Shown piece by piece: positions 50,947 to 62,472 of a stretch of 64,000 nt of DNA. The stretch comes from Azolla caroliniana. Lineage: Eukaryota; Plantae; Polypodiophyta. The notes below the pieces were generated by a model. That model was not told where the DNA came from, ran no database searches, and saw only the letters and a program-made list of their open reading frames with translations. The stretch is taken from contig JBHGNT010000014.1 of NCBI GenBank assembly GCA_043228905.1, positions 18,166,001-18,230,000 on the forward strand. Direction: 5' to 3'. The stretch's first letter is position 1. The number at the start of each line of letters is the position of its first letter. Position numbers and translations under genes: made by a program.

Positions 50947-52273
50947 GTTGCAATATCTTAACCTAGTCCATTATTGTTGTTGATGGATTGTGCATGTGTG
51001 TTGTGTTGATGATATCCAAGTTCCACTTTTAGAATCTAGACCTTTGTCGTCGTTTGTGGGAGTTATCCAAGTGTTACTGTGTTCTAAACCATCAACATGT
51101 AGCTATAAAACTATAGATGCATCAACAAAAGTGTTTTTTGGTCATCCTTTTTAGATTTTAACCCTCGTTGAGCTTTCTAATGAAAACTTGAGATATTGTT
51201 ATATTGATTTGAAAGTTGACATTGTTAAGATTTCACTCTCCACATGTAGCTCTCACAAACTCATGCAATTTGCCAAGGGGTTTGGGGCTTCTCTTTTTGT
51301 TGCATCTTCCTCGGCTTTCTCAAACTATTAACTTGTGTTCTTTCATATGTTGGGTTGTCAACTAAAAGTATGTCATTTCATTTATTGTTCTCTTAGAAGC
51401 AATGAAGGTTAAGGTGGAGCCAATGATATATGTGATTTAACTATGTGGTGTGTAGTTGACACAACACGTGTGTCACTAGGCAAAGAAGGGCTTGTGATGT
51501 ATCTCTTTAGTTTTCTTGGCCTCTTAGAATGTTAGCTTTCTTATTTTCTGTCCTCACGTGAAAGCTTGTAGTTTCATTTTGTTCTAGATGTTGGTGTTGC
51601 CATTGTCATGAGTTGAATTCTTGACACAACATATACTGGAAGGTGGATTGCGACTCACAAATATCTGACAACGGGGTATCAAGACGTGTCCCAAGTAAAA
51701 ATAAACATTTATTGATGTTTGGATGTATTTGAGCAATACATGTTTACCGATGGGTGTTATCACAATGTATGTACACGTTCAAAAAAGGAGGTGAAGAATT
51801 ATAATAACTTCAATGGGATTTAAGAGTTTGACAATAATTATGGATCGCCACGACAAACACTCCCAAACAAATAATTATCCATTTCAAATAAAAATAATAC
51901 TTCCATGGATATCGTATATTGTCGACTTCATTGAATCACAACAAACCCTTGGTCATTGTTGTTCATTGCCACATCTTCAAAGATCGACACATTCACTTGA
52001 CAAAGCATTTGCACTTCAAATTCCTACCCAAAAAATAATCTCCATTCTTTCTCGTTTATTAATTGTCGAACCTTCGTTGTTTAAAAGGTTGTTGCTTTAT
52101 GTACAAGGTTTGTTTCGTGGGTCTTGTTTTTCCTTCATTTCATAGGTAAGAACGTTGTGCTAATGATGAGGTGACACATTTCAATCAACATCCAAAGGAC
52201 ATGCAGTGTATAGACTTTTGTAAGCCTTCATTGGTGAAGTATTGTTAATGCTAATAGATCAAGCCTTTAAAAG

Positions 52274-52497
52274 TTGGCTGAAGATAGAGCTTGGTTAGCA
52301 AATAAGGTTTTGGATACATGGTACGTTACGCGACATGTAAAGTGGTGGCATAGAGTTTTAGATGCTGTAGGAAAGTCTCACTTTCCATTTCGGGCAAATG
52401 TGTTTCTTTGGTGTGCAATGGTTGGTGGGTTGCCTTTGGAAATGACTTTAAAACGAAGACATATTTCGAATGGGACATGTTTTTCCTGTACGGTTGC

Positions 52498-52500
<3 letters not shown>
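52274..52500 (+). mobile_element. L1 LINE zf-RVT fragment, same family as 9340-9560
   Basis: WYVTRHVKWWHRVLDA...GLPLEMTLKRRHISNGTCF is nearly colinear with the 9.4 kb copy. Confidence 0.75.
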
Positions 52501-52528
<28 letters not shown>

Positions 52529-52559
52529 TGAGAGAGAGAGAGAGAATAATTTGCCCAGA

Positions 52560-52616
52560 TGGGTGTAGTTCAGTTGGTAACATGTTCAAACAAAAGGTCA
52601 TGGGTTCAACCCTACA
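52560..52616 (+). other. Degenerate tRNA-like / SINE-head sequence
   Basis: A-box-like TAGTTCAGTTGGT and B-box-like GGGTTCAACCC, but no complete cloverleaf. Confidence 0.3.
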
Positions 52617-52757
52617 TTCCAAAGTGGCCTCTACTAAATTAGGAAGAGATGTCTCCAACTTGTAAATCATTCCATAGTGGCGTCTACTAAATCGACAAGA
52701 GACGTCTCTGGTTTGTAAATGGAAGGGTTGTCATGGGGGCTTCAATATGTTGCGAGT

Positions 52758-53325
52758 AAGCGAACGTGTTGAGGAAGTAGATGCTTGCTTGGACGGAGCC
52801 TGAAAACTCACAAACCAGTTAGAGGATATAGATGCTTATGAGGACCTTAAGCCTTAACCGATTCGGCTCAAGTTTGAAAACTCTCAAACCAGTTAAGGCT
52901 TAATCGCTAGAGGAAGCGAACACATCGAGGAAGTAGATGCTTGACTGGATCTTAAGCATTTACCAGTTTAGCTCAAGTTTGAAAACTCCCAAACCGTTTA
53001 AGGCTTAATCGGTTAGAAGAGGCAAATGTGTTGAGGAAGCAGATGCTTGCTTGGACCTTAAAACCGTAAACCGGTTTAGGAACCGGTTCGGCTCAAGTTT
53101 GAAAACCCCCAAACCGGTTTGGTTTGGACAAGGACAAATCGGTTAAGCCTAAACCAATTCGGACCCAGTTCAGCCCAAGTTTGAAAACTCCCAAACCGTT
53201 TAGAAGAGGAGGCGAATGCGTCGAGGAAGTAGATGCTTGCTTGGGCCTTAAGACTTAACCGGTTTAGGAGCCGGATCGGCTCAAGTTTGAAAACCCCCAA
53301 ACCGGTTAAGCCTAAACCAATTGGG
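52758..53325 (+). repeat. Degenerate tandem array (unit ~110-180 bp, 4-5 copies) directly upstream of SDH5
   Basis: gaggaagtagatgcttgcttgg at ~52771, 52928, 53033 and 53223; gctcaagtttgaaaact/cccaaacc recurs five times. Confidence 0.85.
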
Positions 53326-53456
53326 ACGATGATGATAGGGGCATTTCAGGAAATAAAGAAAACGTTATTCCCAATTCTATAATTTCTTCTTCTTCTTCTT
53401 CTTCTTCGTCTTCACTGTTCGGTCCGATTCCGACCCTCGACGCACAGCAAACAGCG

Positions 53457-56400
53457 ATGGCGATGGCCAGCAGAATCGTGGCGTCTCAGTCTCGAAGGAT
53501 TCTTCTCAGAAGAAGATCGAATCTTCTTCCTCTTCTACCCTCCTCCCACTCGTCTCCTTCTCCTTCTTCATCATCAACTCATCGTCTTCTTCGCCCTCAT
53601 CTGTTTCGTCTCCCAGGTAATATCTGATCCTGCTTTCTTTCTCTCTGCCCGTACGATTATACTATTTAGTTCTTTAATTTCTCATGTTAGAGATGGATAG
53701 TTCTTTCTTGGTACTGAATCCACGGGCGAAAATGAGCTCAAAATGTTCTCTTTTGTTTTCAAACAAAGAAAAAATAGTCAATTTCCATTCAACGAAAGAG
53801 AGGCTTCTTCCGCCACCCTATCTCCCAAATCTACTCGATATCTGAATCCGATTCAGAAGTCTCCTCGTTCTTTCAGTCTCTTCAGAAAAACGTTTGGGTT
53901 CACCTCTGCGACGGAGCCCATTCCAATACCTAACTCGATGGGTCGTTCTTGTCAGCGCTCACCGAACTTGGGGCTCTTACGAAGCATCATGATAATAATG
54001 CTATATCACATAGCTTTTCGGGAGTTTATTGGTTAACCATACGATCTCAAGGAGAATCAATTTGTAAAGTGTCTTCTCCTCAATATCCATGGTATAGATT
54101 CCGGCTTCGCATGAGAGGGCTATAATCCCCTGCGCGTGGAACTTTATTTCACACAAGTTCGTCCCGTACTTAATGTTTCGGAAGCCCAGACTATTCTTTT
54201 CTTAACGGAGCAATATTTTAACTATGGGTAGAGAGATTTTGTTTGAACGAGTCGCACACTAAGCATAGCAAAGATTTCTCGAAAAAATGAAAATGAAGGA
54301 AAAGAAAAGATTCAAATTTTGTGTTAAATCCAGAATGGAATGAATTGTTATGGGTTCCGACTTCATCAGCTGTAAGAGTAAGACGAGGTTTTTTATTTAT
54401 TCAGTATCCTAAAATTTCCAAATCTTTATACCTAAAACCCCATAAATTGTTTGAGCTGAATGGTAACAATATTTTATACGTGCTCTGATTGTTTGGAGAG
54501 GTACTCTACCTTCTCTAGCCCACTCGACTCGAGCCATTTCACTTCCATTGAGACATCCTGCTATTTGTATCTTAATACCCTTATTACTAGTCCTCCCAAC
54601 TGACTCGATAGCCCTTTTCATCGTCCTTCGAAAAGCAACTCTATTTCTTAATTGTGAAGCAACGTGTTCCGCTAGGATCTTTGGTTCCCCGTACGGCTGA
54701 ATAACGTTATTTAGAGTTATTCGAAGTTTTCGATCTCCAATACCTAGCATAGTATCTACATCACGTTTCAACTAATCAATCTTTAGACTATGTTCTTATC
54801 TCATTATACTTAACACTATTATCTAAAAAAGTTTCCGAATCAAATCTGCGTTGCAACAAATGGGTTGTACTTTTATGCTTACAAGCCAAAGTTTTATCGC
54901 ATGATAATCGCAAAATATATCTCGATCTACGCGATCCATCTCGATTTGTAGAACCACCATAAAAAACAGAGAGGATCCTCCAAATGTGTCCAAATCTATT
55001 CAAAATAATGTGATCTGGAAGCGTAACCCAAGCCCTTACCCCCAAGGTTTGGTTTCCTTGCTTGCTTTCGTCAATTTCTGGCATATTCCCTCAGAAACTG
55101 TGGAGAGGAAGAAAAGAAAGATGACGATAACCTTGAGAAAGAAGAGAAAATAAAAATAAAAGTTTTAGATGTCATATGTACAAAAAAAAAGGACACCAAC
55201 AAGAAGAGAAAATAAAAATATAGGAGGAGGCTAATCTTCAAAATATGAAAAACAAAGATCATGATAATGTGAGAAATGCTGTTAATAGCAGCAACGGAGC
55301 AATAGTTAGAACAAATTAGACACAACCAAGCTATAAGAAGGCTGTTAGACAATAGTAGAAAAAATAGTTGCAAAGAGTAGAGACACAACCAAATAATAGA
55401 GCTTGTTTTTAAATAGCAACCAAAGTAAAAAGTCTTTACAAAAGAGGCTTGTATAGCCTATTTATACAAAATTGGGGAAAGTGGGTGAAATGGTTGTTTG
55501 GTAGTAAAGTGGCTCTTGTACTACCAAACAGGTACAAAAAACTAGGAATAAAAGGGAATATCTTGGAAAAAGTAGAAGAGAAAAAAGGCATTTAAAGCAT
55601 TACAAATTCTAGAGAGAGAAGGCATTAAAAGAGTTGCAGATTCTAGAGAGGGAAGAATCTGGGAAGGGAGAGAATATAGTACAAAGATAATAAAGATGAA
55701 AGAGAGTGCAGGGTTGGAGCTGCCACCCTCTAACATCCTCCTCTCAGCTCCAGAATGGCGGTCCAACATTGAGTCGATCAAGGAGCTCATCAATGACTTG
55801 CTTGGGAAGTGGCTTAGTAAATAAATTAGCCACATTTTCTTGAGTAGGGCAATATGCCAAGTTGATGACTTGTGATTTCACTAAGTCATGAACAAAATGG
55901 TAGTGCACTTCGATATGTTTTGTTTTACCATGAAATGCTGAGCTATGTGCCAAGGCACGGGCACTTTGGCTGTCAGTGAAAACTGCAATAGGAGAGTCTT
56001 GCAAAACACCAATGTGAGAAAACAATTGCATCAACCATAGCAACTCATAGCAAGTATCCAAGTAGGTGCGATATTGAGCTTCCGTCAATGAAGTAGAAAC
56101 TGAGTTTGCTTCTTCGATTTCCAAGAAATCAAGCCTGAACCTAACATAAAACAATAGCCAGATGTGGACCTTCTAGAATCAATATCACGTGACCAATCAG
56201 CATCTGAGTAGCCAACAAGCTCAATGCCGCCTCTAAAAGACAGACCATAGTCGAGTGTGTTGACCAAATACTGAAGAACTCGAATAGCTGATTGCCAATG
56301 ACTTTGTCTTGGAGCAATTGAGAATTGGCTGAGAATACTCACGCTATAGGACAAATCAGGCCTGGTATAAGTTAAGTGAAGAAGGAACCCAATTGAACTT

Positions 56401-59400
56401 CTATCTTTTGTGATATCCTCAAATATGGGAGATTGTCTTCACGAGATAGCTTTGAGTTTGGATCCATTGGACAGGAGAGTGGCTTGCAATTTGACATTCT
56501 ATAGGTCTCAAGGAGCTGCCTGAGATACCTATGTTGGCTGAGAAAGATACCACCATGTGATTGGTATACCTCATACCTATGAAATAATGGAGAAGTCCTA
56601 GATCAGTCATTTCAAAGGTTGTTTTGAGGTCAGCGCGAACCTCCTCGATTTTAGATGCAAGGGACCCTGTAATTAGAAGGTCGTCAACATATAATATGAT
56701 CAAGCATAGCAAATTATCTTGGGAAAAAACATAGAGATTGCTGTCAGCATTACAGTTTTGAAACCCAAGAGATAGAAAGAAGCTATCAATTTTGTCATGC
56801 CAAGCTTTGGGAGCTTGCTTTAAGCCATACAAGGCTTTGTGTAACCTGTAGACCATGTTTTTTTGCTCTAAAATCTCGAAACTTGGAGGCTGTTCAACAT
56901 AAATCTCCTCTTTCAAGTCACCGTTAAGGAAGGCTGACTTGACATCCATTTGAAAAATGGCCCATTTGTTGTTAGCAGCAAGTGCAAGCGCACATCAGAT
57001 AGAGGTGTACCTTGCTGTTGGAGCAAAAGTTTCCTCGTAATCCGCTCCTTCGACTTGTGAGTAGCCGTTTGCCACTAAATGTGCCTTGTGCTTATCCAAA
57101 GTACCATCAGCATGGTATTTGGTCTTGAAAATCCATTTCAATCCAATGACTTGTCGATGTAGAGGCCGTGGGACCAGCTCCCATGTATGATTCCGCTCAA
57201 TGGAATCAAGTTCAATTTCCATTGTTGCTTTCCACTTTGGAAGAACAAGGGCCTCTTTTGCTGTTGTGGGTTCTTTTGATTGCACAACAATGCACAATAA
57301 GGCAAAGTTGCATGAGTGAGGAGGCCATTGTGACTTACGTGTCGAGAACCAGATGTATGCTCGTGAAGTTCAGCATCGGAGAGATGAGAATCACGAATGG
57401 TGGCTTGAAGCCACTTGGGAAGTGGTGGAAGCTGGTTTGTAGAGGGAGGGGAAACAAGTGGAGTTGAGGGAGAGGATCGAATTGTTGGCAAAGTTAGAGA
57501 TTGAGTAGGAGGAGATGGGGGGCTTGAGGATGAGACATCTTCGTCTAAAATAGGAGATTCCGGAGGAGTTGGGATTTCAACCATGAACTCAGGTGAAATC
57601 CTAGAATCATCCGACTGAGACTCCACAAAATGAACGTCCCTATAGATGACTAGGGACTTTGATTCTAAATCCCATAACATGTACGCTTTAGATTGTGTGT
57701 TGTAACCAAGAAATTTGCATTGCTTGGTTTTGGACTCAAATTTCGTCCTTTTATGATTTGAAATGTGAACATGAGCATCACAACCAAAGACTTTAAAATG
57801 AGATACTGAGGGCTTTACACCTGTAAATGCTTCTGTAGGCGTCATTCCAGCAACTGCTTTTGTTGGGCAGCAGTTGATGATGTAGACTGCTGTGTTGACA
57901 GCTTCATCCCAAAATGAGAGAGGAAGATCAAATTGAGATAGCATTGTACGAGCCATCTCTTGGACTGCCTGGTTCTTCCTTTCCACGACTCCATTTTGTT
58001 GAGGAGTATTGGGTGTAGAAAATTGGCGAGAAATGCCTCGTTGAGAGCAGAAATGGTGGAAAGCTTGGGAGGTAAACTCTCCACCATTGTTTGACCTGAT
58101 CTTTCAAACTTTCTTCGATGTCTCGTTCTCCACGAGAGCTACCCATTCTTGAAATTTTGTGAAGGCTTGGGATTTTTCTACAAGAAAATAAACCCAAACC
58201 TTGTGGGAGAAGTCATCAATTATAAGCATGAAGTAGCGTGCACCACCAAGAGTAGTGGTTTTCATGGGACCACAAAGATCCATGTGCACTAACTCCAAGA
58301 TAGATGTTGCATGGTGAATGGCTTCATGAGGGAAAGGCTCTCGATGTTGCTTGCCATGAAGACAAGCAACACATGGGGTATTGGGAGATTTGAAAATAGG
58401 AAGACCCTCAACTAGTTGGGAAGAGGAGAGCTTTTGAAGAGAATCATAGTTGAGATGACCAAACCTAGCATGCCACAACGTGGGATCTTCTTGTGCCACC
58501 AAGGTATGTGAGCCTTGAAGAAGATGAAGAAGATGAGATTTGGACTTTTCCAAGGGGCTATGGTAGCTTTTTAGGCGATATAAACCCCCTTCTTGTGTGC
58601 CACTAGCTACAATTTGTAGGCTGTTGGTGTCAATCACTTCCAAAACTGAGCTATCAAAGTAGACTCCATAACCTTGCGTGGCGATTTTGTAGACCGAAAG
58701 TAGGTTGGTAGAGATGTGAGGCACATGTAGCACATCTTGAAGAATGACGGGTTCTTCATTTGAAGAATTGTTAAGAAACACATTACCCACACATGAAGCC
58801 TCAATGCTTGAGGCATCTCTTGTAGAGATTTGGGAAGAGCTAGGCTTCACATCATGCAAAATGGATTTGTCATAGGTCATGCGTGAAGTGGCACCGCTAT
58901 CTAGTAACCACTCATCAATGGTTGAGGTAGTTGGTCCAGCCAAATGTGAAGTATGTTCCTCAATGCCAAGGAAAACTGTTTCTTTGGCTGAGTGGACCGA
59001 GTTGGATTTTGGTGTAGGTTGACTTTCGGTAGAAGAAGATTTCTTGGCATTGTCTCTTTTCTTTTTCTGATAGTCGGGCTGAATGTGACCTTTGTAGCTA
59101 CAATAATGACAGGTAAGCTCCTTGTAGGCTGGGTTGTTTGGTGGTCTTGGATTTGGTTTGTTGTAGGAGTTACCATTTTGCTTCCACTTGCCTTTACTTT
59201 TTGCATGTAGAAGCGTCTCATTGGAAGTTTGAGCACTTTTCTTCCTTGTTGCCCAGAAATGTATTCATATCAGGTGTGTTGGGAAGAAGAGAAATCGTGT
59301 CACAAAATGCTGAGAATGACTCAGGCAACTTTATCAGTAGACTATGCACAAACTCAACTTCAGTTGACTTGCTTCCCAAAGAAACTAGTTCCTTTTGAAG

Positions 59401-62400
59401 AGTAACAAATTGTGTTATTTGATCCATGATGTTGGGAGTGTCATGAATCTTGAGATTAGCTAGTTGGTTCTCAATAGCTATCATTTGAGCATGATTAGCT
59501 CGATGGTACCTCTCCTCCTCTTGAGCTACAACTGGACAGTTTGCAGTTGTAAGTAGATGCTCAAGGTCTTTCTACTTCTCCCTAGATGCTAGGTAAGGCT
59601 CAAATGAGTAAAAGAAAACAGAAGAACCTCCTCTGTAGGTTGGGAATCCCGTCTTTCATGCAAAGGTGAAGCACATAGAGGTGAAGTATCACTTCATCAG
59701 AGATGTACTTGACAGCAAGAATATTGAGCTTGTCAAAGTACATACAAATAATAATCCTGCAGATCTTCTCACGAAGGGTCTTCCAGCTGAGCGATTTGCT
59801 CATTGCCGACAGATGATGGGAGTTGGATAGATGTATGTAGTTCAGCTTTGTACATACTTGGACTTAGCTGACTTTTTTTTTTCTTCTCACGGCACATTGC
59901 CTTTAGGTGGGAGGTTGTTGGGAATAAAGGGCCATCGTGCCTTTTATTAGTGCACGAGTGTGAACGCACTCGTAGCACACTTTTGACTTGTATATACATA
60001 ATATCTAAAAACCAAAAAAGAGGTACACTCTTTGTACCCAAGACAACGTGCATCTCTCTCTCTCCCTTTGTCTCTCACTCAGACTCTCTCCCTCTCTGTT
60101 TTTGACCTAAACCCTAATCCTTGTGCTGCCTTCACTTTTTACAATAATTGTGACACATTTTTGTAGGCTTTATTATTATTTTCTTTCTTCTCTGTATCAT
60201 GAGATCTTAGCTTGGCCTGGTTATTTTCCTCTCTGAGGAATTTCATTGTATTTGCTTCTCATCCTTGCCCCTCTTTTGATCTTTGAATGAAATATATCTT
60301 CTTTCATCTCCTTAACTCCCTTTTAAGTTTTTCTTCTTTGAAATTGGGCAAGATGGCTTTGCATGGCCTGTGTGAAAAGGCTGAGGGACCATGAGAAATA
60401 TTTCTTGTCCTAACAGATCTCTCTTTTGATGCTGAACTGGAATTCCGTTTTAAAGAGAAGAGACAGCTATTTTTAAGAGATCTGAAAACTGCAAGAATCA
60501 TAACTGATCCACTTTTTGTGCTCAGTGGTGAATACTTTTTGGTGTTAGGGATGTAGGAAGAACTGGTGAAAAATCCCTTTTCATGCATGAGATAATGGGA
60601 GATTATGTGAAACTGGCACTAGCTTTTAGAGATTCAGCTGATCGTCATATTTTTTTGTTAGATTCTTGTCTCCCTCATAAGTATTTCCAACTAGCAGTTT
60701 CGAAAATCAGGCAAGCATTTGATTGAATGAAGGTGCATTTTCTCAAACACTGATGCTAGGTTTCTTCCAGATTAGGGATGTGGCAGTGTACTTTTATGAC
60801 ATCTTTAACGAGTGCTTTTAGTGATCCTTACTTACATTCCATTTTTGAAATCTGAACAATCTTCCCCATCTTCTTGTGTTATTCTGACAATCAGATTAGG
60901 GAAGTCCCAATGTTGCAGTATTTCTCATTTTCTTTGATTGTGATTGTGTGTCCCATGATTAGCAATTTGTTTTGGGGTCTCTACACATGAGATTTAACTT
61001 TAGGCTTGGCCACAATCCTTTCTTGGAATCAGCATGATCTTTGTTGTGATATTTTTCATGATCATCATATTTTTCCTAATTCTGATAATAATCATTTGTT
61101 GCATGTCTTAGTAGTAGATTAGGAACATTCATGCTATTTCCAGTTTCAGTCATTACTTCTTCACATTTATACCTCTTTTTATGCATCCTTAACTTATTTT
61201 TTGCTTTAGATTCTTTTTCATCTCTATGGGTTTTAGTTTCTTGCGTGCTCACCTTCCTTCCATCCAAAATCAAATGATCTTCCTCATGTTGCTCCATTAT
61301 TCTGAGATTAGTCTTTTATTGCAAGTCCTGCTAGAGAGACATTTCCCTTTTCTTTTGAACATCATTGTAGTTTTTTACAGATTAATATGGTACTATGTTT
61401 CATCCATGGCATCATCATTTTTTCACATCTGTAGCTTGTTTTGATGCTTCATGCTTATGGAGTCATTCTAATTCTTCAATTCTTTGCCTCAGGAAACAAT
61501 GCCCTTTCTAATCGACACATCCTTAGGTCAATGTCGACTGGTATTGCTCACCTGCCATCAATATCTGATCCGGACATTCTTCATGCTCTACGGCAGCTCA
61601 TGGCTGTAAACTGGACTGAAATATCCGATGAGGCTAAAGATGCTGTTGAAGCAGCAGTCACCAAAAAAACTGATGATGCATTAGGCTTGGAGGAACTGAA
61701 AAATGCTTGGCGAGTTGCTGAGGCGGTAGAGAAGTTCTCAGGGATCTTGGTATCATTAAGGATGGCTTTGGATGACTACTCTGGTGCGTCTGGAGATGTA
61801 TGTAATCATATGATTCATTTGTTGTTTAATCTTGATATTGTTGAAGATTCTCTCATTGTATGGACATGTTGGTAGCCATTATTTTCTTATAATTTTGAAG
61901 TTTGATATGCTTGCAAACTCTATGATTTTCTCATTTCTACAGATGTATTAATAATGATTCTCGGAGGCTTGATAGCTTCTCTCATTGCATGGAGATGTTT
62001 GTAGTCATGATTCTCTCAGTGTGGAAGCCTGATATGCCTAGCAACTCTATGATTTTCTCATTGTTAAATATGGGCATGCTTGCAAACTGTATTGCAACAT
62101 GGCATTGACTACACTGGCCACTGACCGTTAATGATATTTTCAGAAGGTGAGGCCGTTGTCGCCTGTGCTTTTGGAAGCATTAAAATCTGCGTTGTCCAAG
62201 TACAACACTTATCTTGCATCTTTTGGCGAAGATGAATTCTACCTAAAGAAGAAAATCGAAGTAGAGCTTGGAAGCTTGTTGGCTCATATTAAACAACGGT
62301 GCAGTGGTCTTGGTCCAGAATGGGGAAATGTAAGATTTTTTCTTACCTTGCAGTACTTGCTTCCGTTTATGTCATGCTTCATGTATAATTTTACTACATG

Positions 62401-62472
62401 ATTTGTCAACAGATAAGCCTTCTTGGAACATCTGGTATCTCTGGCTCCTTTATTGAGCATCGTGCTCATTGA
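53457..62472 (+). CDS. SDH5: Succinate dehydrogenase subunit 5, mitochondrial (plant-specific); 4 coding exons, 236 aa
   Basis: Exons 53457-53616, 61493-61797, 62144-62329, 62413-62472 (711 nt). R/S-rich presequence [20 protein letters not shown], then [49 protein letters not shown] and [19 protein letters not shown]. Confidence 0.88.
53700..54266 (-). pseudogene. rpl16: Plastid rpl16 exon 1 (54258-54266) and 5' part of its group II intron
   Basis: The - strand reads ATGCTTAGT|GTGCGACTCGTT (MLS plus the group II 5' consensus GTGCG), downstream of rps3 as in plastomes. Confidence 0.8.
54397..54785 (-). pseudogene. rps3: Plastid ribosomal protein S3, C-terminal fragment
   Basis: [10 protein letters not shown]...[12 protein letters not shown]...[35 protein letters not shown]...[13 protein letters not shown]; the N-terminus is missing. 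Confidence 0.93.
54790..55050 (-). pseudogene. matK: Plastid maturase K, domain X fragment
   Basis: AWVTLPD..IL.RF..IW..LS.FY.GS...[18 protein letters not shown] matches the matK YILRLSCA.TLA.KHKST motif. Confidence 0.85.
55268..59600 (-). mobile_element. Degenerate Ty1/copia, family D: 3' LTR 55268-55735, PPT, RNase H, RT, integrase, protease, partial gag; no 5' LTR
   Basis: Protease WLLDSGAT, integrase LWHARFGH...CVAC and [17 protein letters not shown]...YGLKQAP...LYVDDLL, RNase H YSDADW...KHIEVHYHF, in copia domain order with frameshifts. Confidence 0.95.
59635..60143 (+). mobile_element. 3' fragment of another copia (RNase H end, PPT, short LTR ~59916-60143)
   Basis: [20 protein letters not shown]...[10 protein letters not shown]...MMGVG*, then PPT AGGTGGGAGG and TGTTGGG...TTTACA. 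Confidence 0.75.
61830..62095 (+). repeat. Degenerate tandem repeat (~125 bp period) in SDH5 intron 2
   Basis: ttctctcattg.atgga.atgtt.gtag.cat...tgatatgc.t.gcaa.ctctatgattttctcatt occurs about twice, plus a partial copy. Confidence 0.7.

Larger units (their letters stand above)
53700..55090 (-). other. Nuclear plastid DNA insertion (NUPT) in SDH5 intron 1; chimera of matK, rps3 and rpl16
   Basis: Contains plastid rps3, rpl16 exon 1 with its group II intron 5' end, and a matK domain X fragment. Boundaries are approximate. Confidence 0.88.

Noticed and set aside
49700-52200. Hidden gene between PABN and SDH5 (ORFs 49518-50044 and 51813-52145)
   Set aside because: No recognisable domain or coherent splice model; likely old repeat debris.
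52560-52616. Functional tRNA gene
   Set aside because: Too short, and the anticodon arm and acceptor stem cannot be folded.
52758-53325. CRISPR-like repeat-spacer array
   Set aside because: The repeats are degenerate, the intervening segments resemble each other, there are no cas genes, and the context is eukaryotic.
54409-54771. rps3 as a functional plastid-to-nucleus transfer using the SDH5 transit-peptide exon
   Set aside because: It is antisense to SDH5, lacks its N-terminus, has in-frame TAGs, and retains plastid spacer and intron context.
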